DNA of 64,000 nt. Source: Daphnia carinata. Lineage: Eukaryota. Made by a program: the position numbers and the translations under genes. The stretch lies in contig NC_081333.1 in the NCBI RefSeq assembly GCF_022539665.2, positions 7,688,001 through 7,752,000 of the forward strand. Reading direction: 5' to 3'. Below, in pieces: positions 51,419-64,000 of this stretch (position 1 is its first letter; every line of letters begins with the position of its first letter). The notes under the pieces are model-generated. The model was given only the letters and a program-made list of their open reading frames with translations, ran no database searches and was not told the DNA's origin.

Positions 51419-54400
51419 CGGCTCGCTCACTAGGAGCCCGGCGACGTCACCCGTCGTTCTCCGTCATCTCACAGTTGGATGTTCTGCTAATCTTTTATTT
51501 TATTTTAGTCTCGTGAAGAGCTCCCAACCAAACAATCGAAAAAAAAGGGGGGAAGGGGGTTGGTTTATTTCAACAATTTATAAGAAAAAAAGCTGAAACG
51601 GCACCACTGTGAGCATTCCTGCACGCAAACTTTCATCTCTTTTTTTTTTTTTTTTTTCAATGTTTCAACTGATGTTTGAACATCTCGTCAGAAACGAACG
51701 CAAACTGGGCGCTCGTAAAAGAAAAAAAATATGAAAGATAGAAAAATGAGGGAGGAAAAAAAAAAGCGCGCACAACCAACCGTAAATCAAATTTCAAATA
51801 TTAGAGAAATATATATGTATTATATTATTATTATTAGTTTTTTTTTTTTTTTTGGTTAAAATTTTTTTATATCGTTTTTTGAGGAGAGCGCGCGCGCGCG
51901 CGCTGGATAGAAAAGAGAGATTTTTTTATTTCCTACTTCATTGGTCGTCATCGTGTTTAACTACCGTTATAATCAACATTCGACCGTTTCTAGTGTTATT
52001 ATCCACACAATCCTTTCGGTTAGACCGACGTGAAGGCCCCGTGCTGCCAGTTATTCTCGTCTATACGCACACAGTTGAGTATCACTCGTAAGGGCAAGAA
52101 ACAAAATAAGGCTTCAGTTTCTCAAGAAAAAAAAAAGTCAATTTGAAAATGAGCTCGACTAATATGCGTCCATGTCGTCATCATTTTTTTTTGTTGTTGT
52201 CGACCACTAAAACATCAACTGTTGTTTTTTTTCTCTCTCTTTTTGGGGATGCGAATAAATTCCAGACGAAATTGAAAAAAAAAAAAGAAAAGAAATAAAC
52301 CATCAGAGAGAGAGAGGATCCTACAGAATGACTACACATCCAACTATGAAAAATGTGAAAGAGAATAAGAAAAAAAAAAAAAAAAAAAAGGGGAACACAA
52401 CATGATGGAGGGGGGAGGATAGTTGCCTTCAAATCGGGAACTGCCATCAAAAAAAAAAAAAAAAAATGGGCAGGACTCGCAGCAAAAAGTGTGAAATCAT
52501 TTCTTCCTTCGTTTTTATCTTTTCGGAAAAAAGAAGAAACGTCCGCGTCAGATCGTCAATCCTCTTTGCGTATCCTGTCTCGCCCCACCCCAACCGAAAG
52601 AAAAATGAAATGAGTTTTGGCGTGTGTGCGAGCTGACCGCGGAAATTGCTAGACAACACCAAAACATTCTTATTCAATGGGGAAAAAAAAAATTATATAA
52701 AATAATTTTATTTTCCTTTTTCCAGCAGAAAACAAGAAAATTGGCACCAAAAAATCCCATTTTGTTTTTCAAATAAATAAAAATAAATTTCATTTTTGGT
52801 GGAAAAAAAATGTAAGCGTAGTTCCCTTTTTCCTCACGAAGAAAAACGAACAAAATGAAGAGACTTTAAAAGACAAACATTTTTTGATAATAGACACCTC
52901 TATCCAGTTCTTCCACCTTATTTTCAAGCGGCCATCCTCTTCCTTCACGTCTATCGAGGTAATTTTCTCGCATTTCTCGTCCTTTTTTTTTTTTTTTTTT
53001 TACCTTCCAACGGAGAAAAGAGGAACCCCAGTACCGATGATTATACCCCGCTTTGGTATCCCTCCATTTTCGGACGACGGCGGCGACGGCTAAAATCCCA
53101 AGCGTTCATTTTTAACTTTTCATTTTTTTTTTTTTTTCTTTTTTTCGCCCTTTTTTTTGTTTTCCTCCCTTGCGTTTTTTGGTTAATTTACTGAGAAAAA
53201 AAAAACTCCCCCTCCACACCAAATAAAGGAAAAGGTAAACACTAAATTATCAAATTACGCGTCGTCGACATAACAAGCGAGATCCGTCACAAGACGATGA
53301 AACCTTGATTTGTTACGTTCCAAAAATTATCTTTAACTCTTCAAAGAAAACAAAACAAAAACACCTGCGCAGAGACACTAAAAAATTCAAACATCAGCGC
53401 TGATGATATTAAAGCGAAATGTCCAATTCTTTTTTTTTTTTTTTTTTTAATAAAATTCGCAGGAGACACAATGACCAAATAACTATTCATTAGGTCAAAA
53501 TAGTTCAAATGAAAATCGAGACTCGCTACTTGATTGATTTGCCACGGCGCTACGACGACGTTGACTTGATCTCTTCTGCCATAACATTTGATATTTATTT
53601 ATATACGGACAGAGGAACTCTCTAATTGGATGGCCCCAACAACAACACACCACGAAGACGAGCGCAATTTTCTATTTATTTGATCTGTTCGTCTCTCCCT
53701 TTTAAAAGGAGACGCACGCAGCAAAAAAAAAAAAAAAAAGGAAAAATGCGTGCACGTCGTCCGCAGCCTGTGAACAAACGCCAATAGGAGAACGAAGATG
53801 CACAACAACAACAACAAAAAATTGGATGAATAAAAAAAAAAAAGAGACCCTCGTCAAAACTCTTGTTTCATATGAATGTGTGTACTTGTATCAAGAGACG
53901 ACGGTACATACGAACGGCTGCTTCAAATTCTTTTTTTTTTCCCTCCTCTTTTTTATAATGATCTACAATAGCAACGATGATCTTTTATTCCTGATGTATC
54001 GCATTGTAAATCTATTCCATTTTATATCAAGAAAAAAAAAGAGGGGGGGAACAACAACGAGAGGAAAGAAGAAGAAAAAAACTGCCGGGTTACGATGACC
54101 CCGGAAAGTTGGCCGGCCAGCCAGCCAGCCACCACACACACACACACACACACACAGAACGCGCAAGATGAAGCCCCCAATTATTCAGACATGGTGTGTT
54201 TCTTATAGTGCGCACTGCTCTCGATCATCCGAAATGGCCTTTTTTTTTTTTTTTTTCTTTTTCTTTTTCTTTCATCTTCTCTTTTCCGTGGGTTATAATT
54301 ATTGCCGATCCACATCACGGACAAAACACGAGAAATAAGAACAACGAGACTGTTTCTTTTTTTTTTTTTCTTTTTCGACGGCATTCCGTTGCCGGACCTA

Positions 54401-56387
54401 TTAAAGTGAAATCAAGAACACCAACTCTTGTGCGTTCATTTCTTTTTTGAAAAAAGAAAAGAAAAAAAGGTGGAAATCAAAATGAGTGAAATGCTGTGGC
54501 GCACCATACGTATATATTCGAAAAAAGAGGTGGTCATTATTTATGGACGTATGGACGGTTACAATCTCTCCTTCATGTTAGCCGATTCGGATCAAACATT
54601 AGACATGGAACTCAATTCGTACAATACAATACGAAAAAGTAAAAAAAAAAAAACGACCAATGAGAGAAAGAGAAATTGTTTCAATTGGATGTCTGACGAA
54701 TAATCGAGAGAAAGAAAATTTCGTTTGATTTGCGGGTTGTTGTTTTTTTTTTTTTTAGTCTTACAGTTACACAATTGGCTTCCTCAATCTTTTCTTTTCG
54801 TACGCCAATTGTACAACATTATTATTCACGTGTCTATACTTTTCTTTCTCGTTATTTATTTCTCACCGCATTTTTCAAAATGGCGCAACAGGTGCGATGG
54901 CTATGATTTTACGAGAGGAAATCAAAATCCAATTATTTCACCAATTTTTTTTTTCTCTTTCGTGAAATGTTCCCCTTTTTTTATGTCACCATAACCAGCG
55001 TTGCATTATGAAAATAAAAAATTTTTTAAACAAAAAAGATATTCGATTTACAATATTTTTTTTTGTGTTATTTTTTAGTTGCTCTCCATTTTTGGAATGG
55101 GAACTAATCGCCTGTCGCATTAAAATAGGGGAGAAAAAAATAAAAATTAAAAGAACAACGTAAACGTGGAAATGTTTTAACCAACATTTTTTTTTTTTTT
55201 TTTTTTTTTTTAACTTTCTGCCGTAAAAAAAAGGCAAACGGAGAAAGGTGGGACGAACGGTCTCACTTGTTACGGGCTTAAAAAATGAGCGGAAACGTGA
55301 AACAAAGCGGCGAAACAAAAAATGGTTAAAGATTTATTAGAGTTTAAGAGCTTTTGATGAAGCTCTGAAGTGTAGACAATTTGAAAGTAAAAAAGAAGGC
55401 GCTCATTTTCTCGAGAAGGATATGACGAGCAAAGTGAACGACCATTTCGCCATATTGCAAAGTGTAAAACGCGTAAAGAAAGATTTTTTTTTTTTCAATG
55501 ATTGCTCCACGTTTTCATAACCCAAAAGGAAAAAGACAAAAAAAAAATGGCTCGTCTTTTTTACAAATTTCTATCACGGACGCGTTTCAACGATGTTCCC
55601 GCAGAGCGTTTTTTTTTTTTTTTAAACCCGCGTATGCAATGACGCACTCAACCCCCCCCCCCTTTATCTGCCACCAAATAAAACAACTGCCGCTGAAATA
55701 ATATTTCGAAAAGAAAGGCGGTCCCTCAATTTTTTTTTTTTTTTTTTGTGCTGCTGTTGTTAGAGACTTAACTATGCAAATGGGGGGCATGTTATAATAC
55801 CATAACCAGGCACCGCTAAAAATGGAGGAGAGGCAAACCGTCGCCACAAGGAACCGACGACAATGACCGCATCAAGCGAAATCCGGGCAAAAAAATATTT
55901 ACGCAATAACCCGCCGACAATACAACAATAACAAAAAAAAAAAAAAAAAAGGGAATTTTTCAAAGAGCAATAAACGCTCACACATTCGGACACGGTTGGC
56001 AAAACTTTAACGAGAATCAATCATGTAGGTAGGGTTTCTTATAGCCACCTGGAAGCTTTTGCAACGTCGACATGACACGCCATTATTGGCGCAGCACGCA
56101 AATAGATTTTTTTGTTTTTTTTCTTTCTTTACTTTGTTTCCTTTCAACAAAAAGATTAAAATAATCAAAGTGAAAAAAAAAAAATCATTCATGCCTAACC
56201 TTTCTCGATTATTTATAATGAATACGAAATTTTGCTGTTGTTCATCATTCGCTCGTTGGTGTTTAAAACTAAGAGTCGTTCGCTTTTTTTTGTTATAATT
56301 ATAGAAGAATCAAAAAGTATTCTACTTCGTTATTATCTTTTCAAGCTCCAGTGGCGTATTTTGTTCCCCTTTTGCTGTTTGTTTCCA

Positions 56388-56425
<38 letters not shown>

Positions 56426-59400
56426 ATGATGATGTCGCTGGCCCGTCGTTATACAAACAAGATATCGACCTGTGCCTTGCGGGCGGATCCTTTTCCCTTA
56501 CACGCCTAGCAGACGTCGTGCAATAGTGACGTATTAGTGGGATCAGTGTCACGAACGACGATTCAAGAGGTTAGAGACACACAGAGAGAGAAAACTCATC
56601 AGTGCGGAATGGAACAAGTCAGAATTCTATCAACAACACCGGCAACGGTGCAGAATAATAAACAAGCCAACAATATAAAAAAAATAAATAAATAAATAAA
56701 CGAAAAGAAAAAAGGGCTTCAAAAAGAGAAAAATAGAATAAAAAAAAAAAAAAAGGAGAGAGTTGCGATGAAAACAAATCATACACGAAATGGTGTCGTT
56801 ACTGCGGTTTGGGTGTGTACGTGATTTGTCACGCGTGAAAACGGGCGCGCACGCGCCGCACCGAAACTAAGACGGCAGGCAATAATAAAACATCATCTTC
56901 ACATACATGCCGTCATCCCTTCCGACCCATTCCCTGTGCTTTATACATTGCCTCCCCCCTTTTCCTCTTGTGTTTATGTTGCGCCAGTGGCGCGCTACTG
57001 ATGATGTGCGGCCGAGCAAGACAACCATAAGAAAGCGCATGCGCTACAATCTCCCACACACACACACACGAGTGAACCGTATTCAAAAAATGAATATTAT
57101 AATCATAAACAAGAACACATTTTTTTTTTCTCTATCAAATGAACATCCAGCCGATCACAATGATCCCATTCAACTCAAAAATCGATTTTTTCGTTTAACA
57201 ATGCGAAAACAGGTTCGATTCGACAGATATGGTAACGAATCGATTCTAAAATTTGAAGACAAAAGGGAAAACAAATGGATGCGAATAGCACAAAAAGCCG
57301 AAACAATGCGAGTGAAATCATCTCTAATAAAATAAAAAATTCATTCGGCTCTATGTGTACCTGTCTTATATAGACCCGCACATAGAGAGAGTGCACGCAT
57401 ATAATAACAACAAAAATTCGAGTAAGAGCGTGAGAACAAAAATGTCCTATTGCCTATGCCCGAAAACGCTTCGATTCTAGGGGGTTATAATCCACAGCGT
57501 CACACTCAATATGTACGACGATTATCGGCTGCCGGTTGCACATCATAAAAAAAGAAAAGAAGGGAGCTTTATAGAATATAACCCGCAAGTACACACCACA
57601 TCGTCAAATCCAGCGGAAAAAGCTAAAGCCAACGAAAGGGAACAGGGAAAGCAAAAAAAAAAAAAAAAAAAAGGGAGAGATGAAATAAGTTGGACGCGTG
57701 TCACGGCTGATTGGAAAGCCCCCCCCCCCTTGTTTTCTATACTTGGTTTGTTTACCCACTTTTTTCATCATCGTCTCTCTCTCGCTTGGCTCTGTCAACG
57801 AGATGAAAGTCGCTCTTCAATTGTGTACACAATAATATATCGAGACAAGAGGATATATATATATATTCAAACCTTTTCGGGTTGGCGCCACAATTTTTCC
57901 GCACGCATCGCATCGCACCGCAAAAGCCAAAAACAAAACACAGTCAGCTCGTTCGACTGAACACAAAATCATCTAATATTCTCCCCTCCCCTCCCCCCTT
58001 CCCTTTTTTTTTTTTTTTTTGTATATTGGATATCGACCAATATAAGAGTTATAAATATTGATTTTATTCTTTCCTTTTTTCCAGTTACTTTTCAACTCTC
58101 GTCAATCAAAGAGAAGGAAAAAAAAAAGGGGCAAAAGATTGTCGTGTCGGATCAATCGGAGATGAAAACAATTTACCCCTAAGCGGACATTGAAACAATT
58201 CCTACCCCTTTTTCTATTAAAATTAATTATTGTAAATCAGTCCTACCTTTGGTGGAGTGAACCAGGCGCCGTCGACAATAGAAGTCATGACAATGTCGTC
58301 CAGTTTAATCCTATAAAAATAAAAAAATAAGAAATCGTTAAGTGATGTAAGAGGGAAAAAAAACGTGCTTTATCGTGTCAAATCTTTTAGTCGATTGTGT
58401 TTTTTTTTTCTCTTTTACTGATGGCGTGCGCGTAGTAGGTGACCTTTCACGATATGGTATCTAGTGACTTGTAACAAAACCTAGCCCCCCCCCCCCCCCC
58501 CCCCTAAAAAAAAAAAGAAAAAGAAAAGGGAACTCTATCGAATTGGGCGCACGAATCAATAGAAGGCCAACGGGTGGGCCTGATGATGATCTTTAAATCA
58601 TCGTCACCCTCGAGAAATCGCCCAACGGCGTCCTTATATTTTTTTTTCTTCGTCTTCTTTCTTCCATTGAAAAATCAAAGAATCCGCAATTCAAATTGTT
58701 CGACACGAAGCGGCATTACATAGATTTAAAACGATATTTATATCTATCCAAAAATTATACAAGGATATCACAAGAAAACAAAAGCTGAAATTGTGGATAT
58801 CATGCAAATCTTCACGCTCTGTCAAATATTGTTTTTGTTTTTTGCTAAGGTTGTCCAATGTTTTTGGCCTCGAATCGTCAGGCTTTAAAATCGATACACC
58901 GTGACACGAGATTTCCCTCAGGCAATTGAATCCCGTAGTCTCCCCCCCCCCCCCCCCGGCTTTTGCCTTTAGTCTATGCTAATATCAACTCTGATCAAAA
59001 CCGACAATTCGACATCATCTCCTTTTTCTTTTTTTTTTTTTAAACATTCCTACCATTTTTTTTTAAAACAAAATTGCGCGGCAAAGTTCATTCGGTGGTA
59101 AATACCCACGAAGAAAAAAGAAGAAGAAAAAAAAAAAGGCGGCACATCAACGATTTGAGGAGGATAAACCTCTGGTAATCAAGATGAATTAGCCGTCGAC
59201 AGGTAAGAAGTGTATATACCACCGCCATATACATGTACGCTAAAAGCGGAGAAGGGAAGAAAACAGGTAGACAACAGGAAATGCTTCCCCTTCAAACGAT
59301 TAACTTTGAAACATTCTTCACGTTGGAAATTCGAACAATGGAATGATGATTTTAAAGGTCTTATGGGTTTTTTTTTTTTATTACGCTTATACCCCCGTAA

Positions 59401-61286
59401 TATACGTGACATAATGAGGCCTATAAAAACAAGGGACTTGACCAGTGGATCGTCGTAGAACATTTGACGAGGGGGGAATAAAGATCGGCCGTTATTGTAG
59501 ATATCGAGCGGAAGTAGAGTGAGGAATATTACGTATGCATCATATAGGCCTGTATGGTGCGAGAAGGACAAGTACGGTGGTGTGCGAGAGAAATGGGAAA
59601 ATGGCTCCATCCCGACAATATCACGCTCCATTTGCTTAAACCTCATCGGGGCTAAACATTTTTTTTTTTAACCCGAGAACATGGACCGCCATCAACGACC
59701 ATCTCTCCCCCTCTCACAGTCGCAACCCCTTTTTAAAAGCCCTCTGGATCTATTTTCTTCTTTTATTTTGAAATGCAAATTGCAACAGCAGCAGCCACCC
59801 CACTTCTTTCCCATTTTCGATTTTCTTTTTATTTGATCTCTTTTCAATATTTTTTTTAAAGCTCTTCTCTCTAATTGAGTTATAGCGAAAAGCTTCTGGC
59901 GTTGGCTACAATTCCCTCGCACACCACCAAATCTTTTTTTTTTTTTTTTTTTTTTTAAATCACCAACTTCATTCCTATGTATATTTTACCCTTTCTATTC
60001 AAATGCTTTTCTTACTCAAAACGCACAACCGATACACGTATGGGAAAAAAAAAGTTCACTTTTAGTGCAGAGGAAAACGTCATTTCGAGCGGAAACTTGT
60101 CCATCATCTCGCCCCGTCGACACGTAGTTTCGTTTGTGTGCACACCTTTTAATACGATAGTTCATCATCGGTGCGGTGAGACAAGGTGCTCTCCCACTTT
60201 TTGTTTTTTTATTTACAAGTTCTATACACACACACACACACACACAGAGAAACGGGAGTGTATCTACTAATGGCTCTACTCTCTTTATTTACATGTAAGT
60301 AAATCTGTGAGGAGAGAGCGGGGGGTATATCTAAATATAGAAATAAATCGTATCCCCGTCGTATGCATAAAGAGGAACGCATCTCCGTATTTTACACTGG
60401 TGAAAATGTGATGTACTCGCACTTATCATCTTACATGTATCACAGATCCAGGAGTTGTGTGGGTGTGTGGGTGATAGAGCTAGGGGAAGTAAGAACGGGG
60501 GTTGATTCGCTCCGAGAGTTTCAATTTGGTTTTCAAATGAATTGAAATGCGGTTTCATCTTCCGCACAGGGACCCCCCTTCGAGGCAACTACCAACGGGA
60601 CTGACGTACCACGATTCGATCGGGATTTCACATTTCAAACGCGCGCCTACATGTTAGACAAGTTCCCCCTCCATTTCCAACTTTTTTTTTTCGTGTGGAG
60701 AAATCCACTTGTCTTGTTTCAACCGTTTGACGATTGAACTCAACTACTACTGTGCGTATACCCTAAGAATTGATCGTCGTAAAAAAAAAAAAAAAATACG
60801 AGATGTCGGAAAAGAGATTTCACCCCCTCTTCCACAAAAAAAAAAAAAAAAAAAGCGACGTGATCATCACGCCCCTCAACCATCAACACACGGATGGATG
60901 GCGGTGTAGGCCTTCGACGCGATTCAAAACTCAAATGGAATTTTTTTTTTTTTTTTTTTTTTTTGGGTACATACACAGAGAAGGTATAATAATAATCATG
61001 ATAATAAAATGGGGAATCCTCTTTACCCTCCTTTCACCAGCTAGTGGGGTGAAAAAAAAAATTCAGGTAAAAAAAAAAAGATTTGTGTGTGTGTGCCTAG
61101 ACGTACAGACACAATGTGCGCAACCCTAGACAGTTATTACAGTTGAGCTAGATGTGTATAATCATCGCACGTCGTAGAGAAAAAAAAAAATTATTTTCTG
61201 GTCGAAATGAATCCGGCCGTGACAGTCAATCATAAACAGATAAAGATAAAGAAGCAGGTCGTATACATTTGCCTTCTGTATCGCTA

Positions 61287-61324
<38 letters not shown>

Positions 61325-64000
61325 AGAAAAAAAAAAAGACTCATCAAAATACATTTGTAGAGGATGACGAAATCAATGGTCCGTTTCTATTCGTCATAAA
61401 AAGAAAACCAAAAAAAAAAAAAAAAAAAAAAAAATGTAAAAAAATTTTAAAGATAGTAAAAGTTAATCAAAAAGAGATGCGTCAGAAAGGCATTGGCTAA
61501 GCGCAGGAAAAGTCCAAGATCCTCTTATTTGGTTCGTCTCGTTACGAGAATAATTCAAGAGATGCGTATACACTACGTGAACAATATAATCATTGTGTAC
61601 ACGTATCAGCCATTTATTCGAGTACAATTCAGTTTGAGGATGAGGCCAACAGAAAAACCAAGAAGCAGCACTCAACCGAATAGGGTTTCTAATGTCATCG
61701 TGTCTGTTCGGGGAACGCATGTAAAAGAAGAAGAAGAAAAAAGCCCAACTACCCAATTGGCAATTATAGAGAGATATGATAGTAATATCCTCTCTCTCTC
61801 TTTCACTACTGGACGTCAACAACAACACACACGTATTTCTATTTAGTAACTAGTACTAGTACATATATATATATATATATTCGGATGGAGGGGTTTATCT
61901 GGCTGCGGGGCACCTCTAGACACACTAGCAGCTACTGTACATAATAATACGACTACATATATATTATATCCATACATATATGTGTGTGTAGCGCAGCAGT
62001 AAATGTAACTTCATTTAGCCCGCACAACCCACCACCCCTCTTTGTATATATAAAAAAAAAACGTGCAGACGCATAATCCTCAATGGCTTCTACTTTTTTT
62101 TTCATGTGATTTCTTGGTAATATTTTTGGTGTTTTTTCTACCACACGAGAGCCCTCAACGCATTTTGTATTGTTACCCCCCTCTATGGTGCACGGCCTAC
62201 TGATATCGTGTGCGAACAAGAGGGCGGATGCAGACGATGGAAATCACATGACGCAATACCCACCCGAAGAGAAACGGACATTTGCAAATACGACAATCTA
62301 CTCGTCACGGGCAATTTTTCGTATGAGGTTAATAACTTTTAAACGTGATGGTATAAGCTCTTTTCTTTCCTCGGGGTCTTGTTCCATATAGCTTTCATGA
62401 AATTAACTAATGGACAATTCAATTCTTTTCTCATCCGAAAAGCTGCTTGGCTTAACAGACAGAGGGGAGAGACTTAATGCGATCAGAATAAAAAAACTAG
62501 CTCTCCCTCTGTAGTCCCGACACATCCAAAACGAGAGGATTTAAAGGTCAAGCGATGTCGATCGATAACTTTTTTTTTTAAACATAAGATGTACGTACAC
62601 GATGTGTGTACTTTGTACGTCCCTTTACGAGTCGATAGGTACGCTGATAAACATTCTTTATTTTTAGCTATTGGTTTCTTGTATTTTCTAACCGACGCTC
62701 GGGACGATACCCTTTTTCTTGATATTTGTACCGACCGACTACTTCTGGCTTCCCAATTTATGTTGATGGGAAAAATTCAAACTGACACTCTACTTTTGGG
62801 TGGAGGGTGCCATAAAATAGATTTCAAAAAAAAAAAAAAAAAAAAAAAAAACTGGCTTGTTGTTCTGTGTTTTCAGGACTTGGCAACGTACGAGCATTTC
62901 TTCCCAAACGAACGAAAACTCGTTCGGTACGATTTCATTTCCCCAATGGACAACAACAATCTCATCCAATGGCCGTTATTTACGATCATTAGAGATTCCA
63001 CTATTTTCTTTCTTAGTTGGATTCTTTTCTCTTCGGCGCGTCACATCACGCCTTGTCGGCACGTGCGTGTCGGGTCAATTTTCAAAACAAAACAAAAAGT
63101 TTCAAATAAAAAAAAATCGAAAAGAAAAAAAAAAGAAATCAAAAAAGGTCAGACCTTATCTGATTTCAGGTGTGGTTATAGTCAGTCATTTCTTACTACT
63201 ATTGTTATTTGAAAATTATGATTGCGGTTGGTGCCGAGTAGCCGATCACGCTCTGTTGCCTCACAATCATCAATTTCTCTTTCAAATACTAAAGAAAAGA
63301 AAAAATTCTTACAACACACACAAATAAAATTTCATTTCGATAGGCCTAATAATAGAGGTCGATCAAGCGTGTGATGAAGGCAAAAAAAAAATGATTAGAT
63401 AGCGATAGACAGACGAAGAAAAAAGAAATAATGTGGCCTGACTTGTTGATGATCGTAACGAGGTGGATGGAGTTACCCGCCCAATTTGTATTTTCTTCTT
63501 CTTCTTCTTATGTAACCCACAAAAAATCTCCACCTCGTCGTTCTTCCCCCCCCCCCCTTTTTCATAACGCCATATAACGCTAATGGCTCTCGGGCCGCAC
63601 GTGTCAACCCCGGGATCACGAATCCTCCGCGCGCGCGCCCGGCCCCGCAAGGATGGCCATCAGCGACGGAACTTTTTTATTTTTTTGTGGGGGGTTGTTG
63701 TTATTGAAAAGAAAAAAGGGATTTATGTGAACAAAAAAAAACAGGGAACATACGAACAGTTATGGTCGACGTATTGTTATCTAGGCCTATGTGCATTGTA
63801 AACTATCTGAATTGAACGACAATTTAAGATTTCATGGAGACAAAAAGGATGGCTACCTAACTCAAAAGAAATGCCTTAGCTATGGGAGTATTTATAAGAG
63901 ATAAGCTACGATGTTTTTTTTTTTTTTTTTTTTATTTTCATCCGATTGTGTCGCTCCCTCCCGCGTCGGAAAAGAAAAATTGGTCGGGAGAGCTTCCTGT

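Noticed and set aside
31020..52016. 17-bp exact repeat TATCCACACAATCCTTT at 31020 and 52000
   Set aside because: One pair of this length is plausible by chance in 64 kb of biased sequence; similarity does not extend.
1092..57436. Su(H)-type YGTGRGAA sites (1092, 5241, 23677, 40250, 41667, 47512, 49284, 57429), attractive because insect AP-2 acts downstream of Notch in leg joints
   Set aside because: About eight dispersed matches is roughly chance expectation for this motif in 64 kb; no cluster or paired site seen.
62459..62512. Inverted repeat ACAGAGGGGAGAG...CTCTCCCTCTGT as pre-miRNA or MITE
   Set aside because: Short low-complexity stem with a large loop; no known miRNA recognised and no target-site duplication.
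62589..63212. 207-aa + strand ORF (and 155-aa ORF at 59179-59646)
   Set aside because: No recognisable domain, crosses poly-A/T runs, composition is like non-coding sequence.
1..64000. Prokaryotic-type systems (CRISPR, operons, defence islands), tRNA/rRNA
   Set aside because: Sequence is spliceosomal-intron-containing eukaryotic DNA; no spaced repeat arrays or RNA gene signatures were seen.

Overview
Eukaryotic, AT-rich genomic DNA, saturated with homopolymer runs (A/T and also G/C) and (CA)n/(GA)n/(AT)n microsatellites; the texture suggests an arthropod, plausibly a Daphnia-like crustacean (inference only). The one supportable gene is a minus-strand transcription factor AP-2 (TfAP-2/TFAP2). 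I assembled seven phase-consistent GT-AG coding exons: 21431-21820, 16304-16399, 15035-15244, 14518-14727, 11900-11969, 10277-10448 and 2067-2185. Together they encode about 422 aa, including the PPYFPPP motif, VRRPDVL, a DQ..IVKK linker and the basic DNA-binding region. The helix-span-helix C-terminus must lie beyond position 1. A second candidate first coding exon (16710-16775) suggests alternative N-termini. The ~41 kb from ~22.7 kb to the window end has no credible coding sequence and looks like the upstream regulatory desert of this developmental gene. Almost all ORFs in the supplied track are homopolymer or microsatellite artefacts. I found no convincing novel multi-gene system; the findings concern isoform architecture and candidate cis-regulation.
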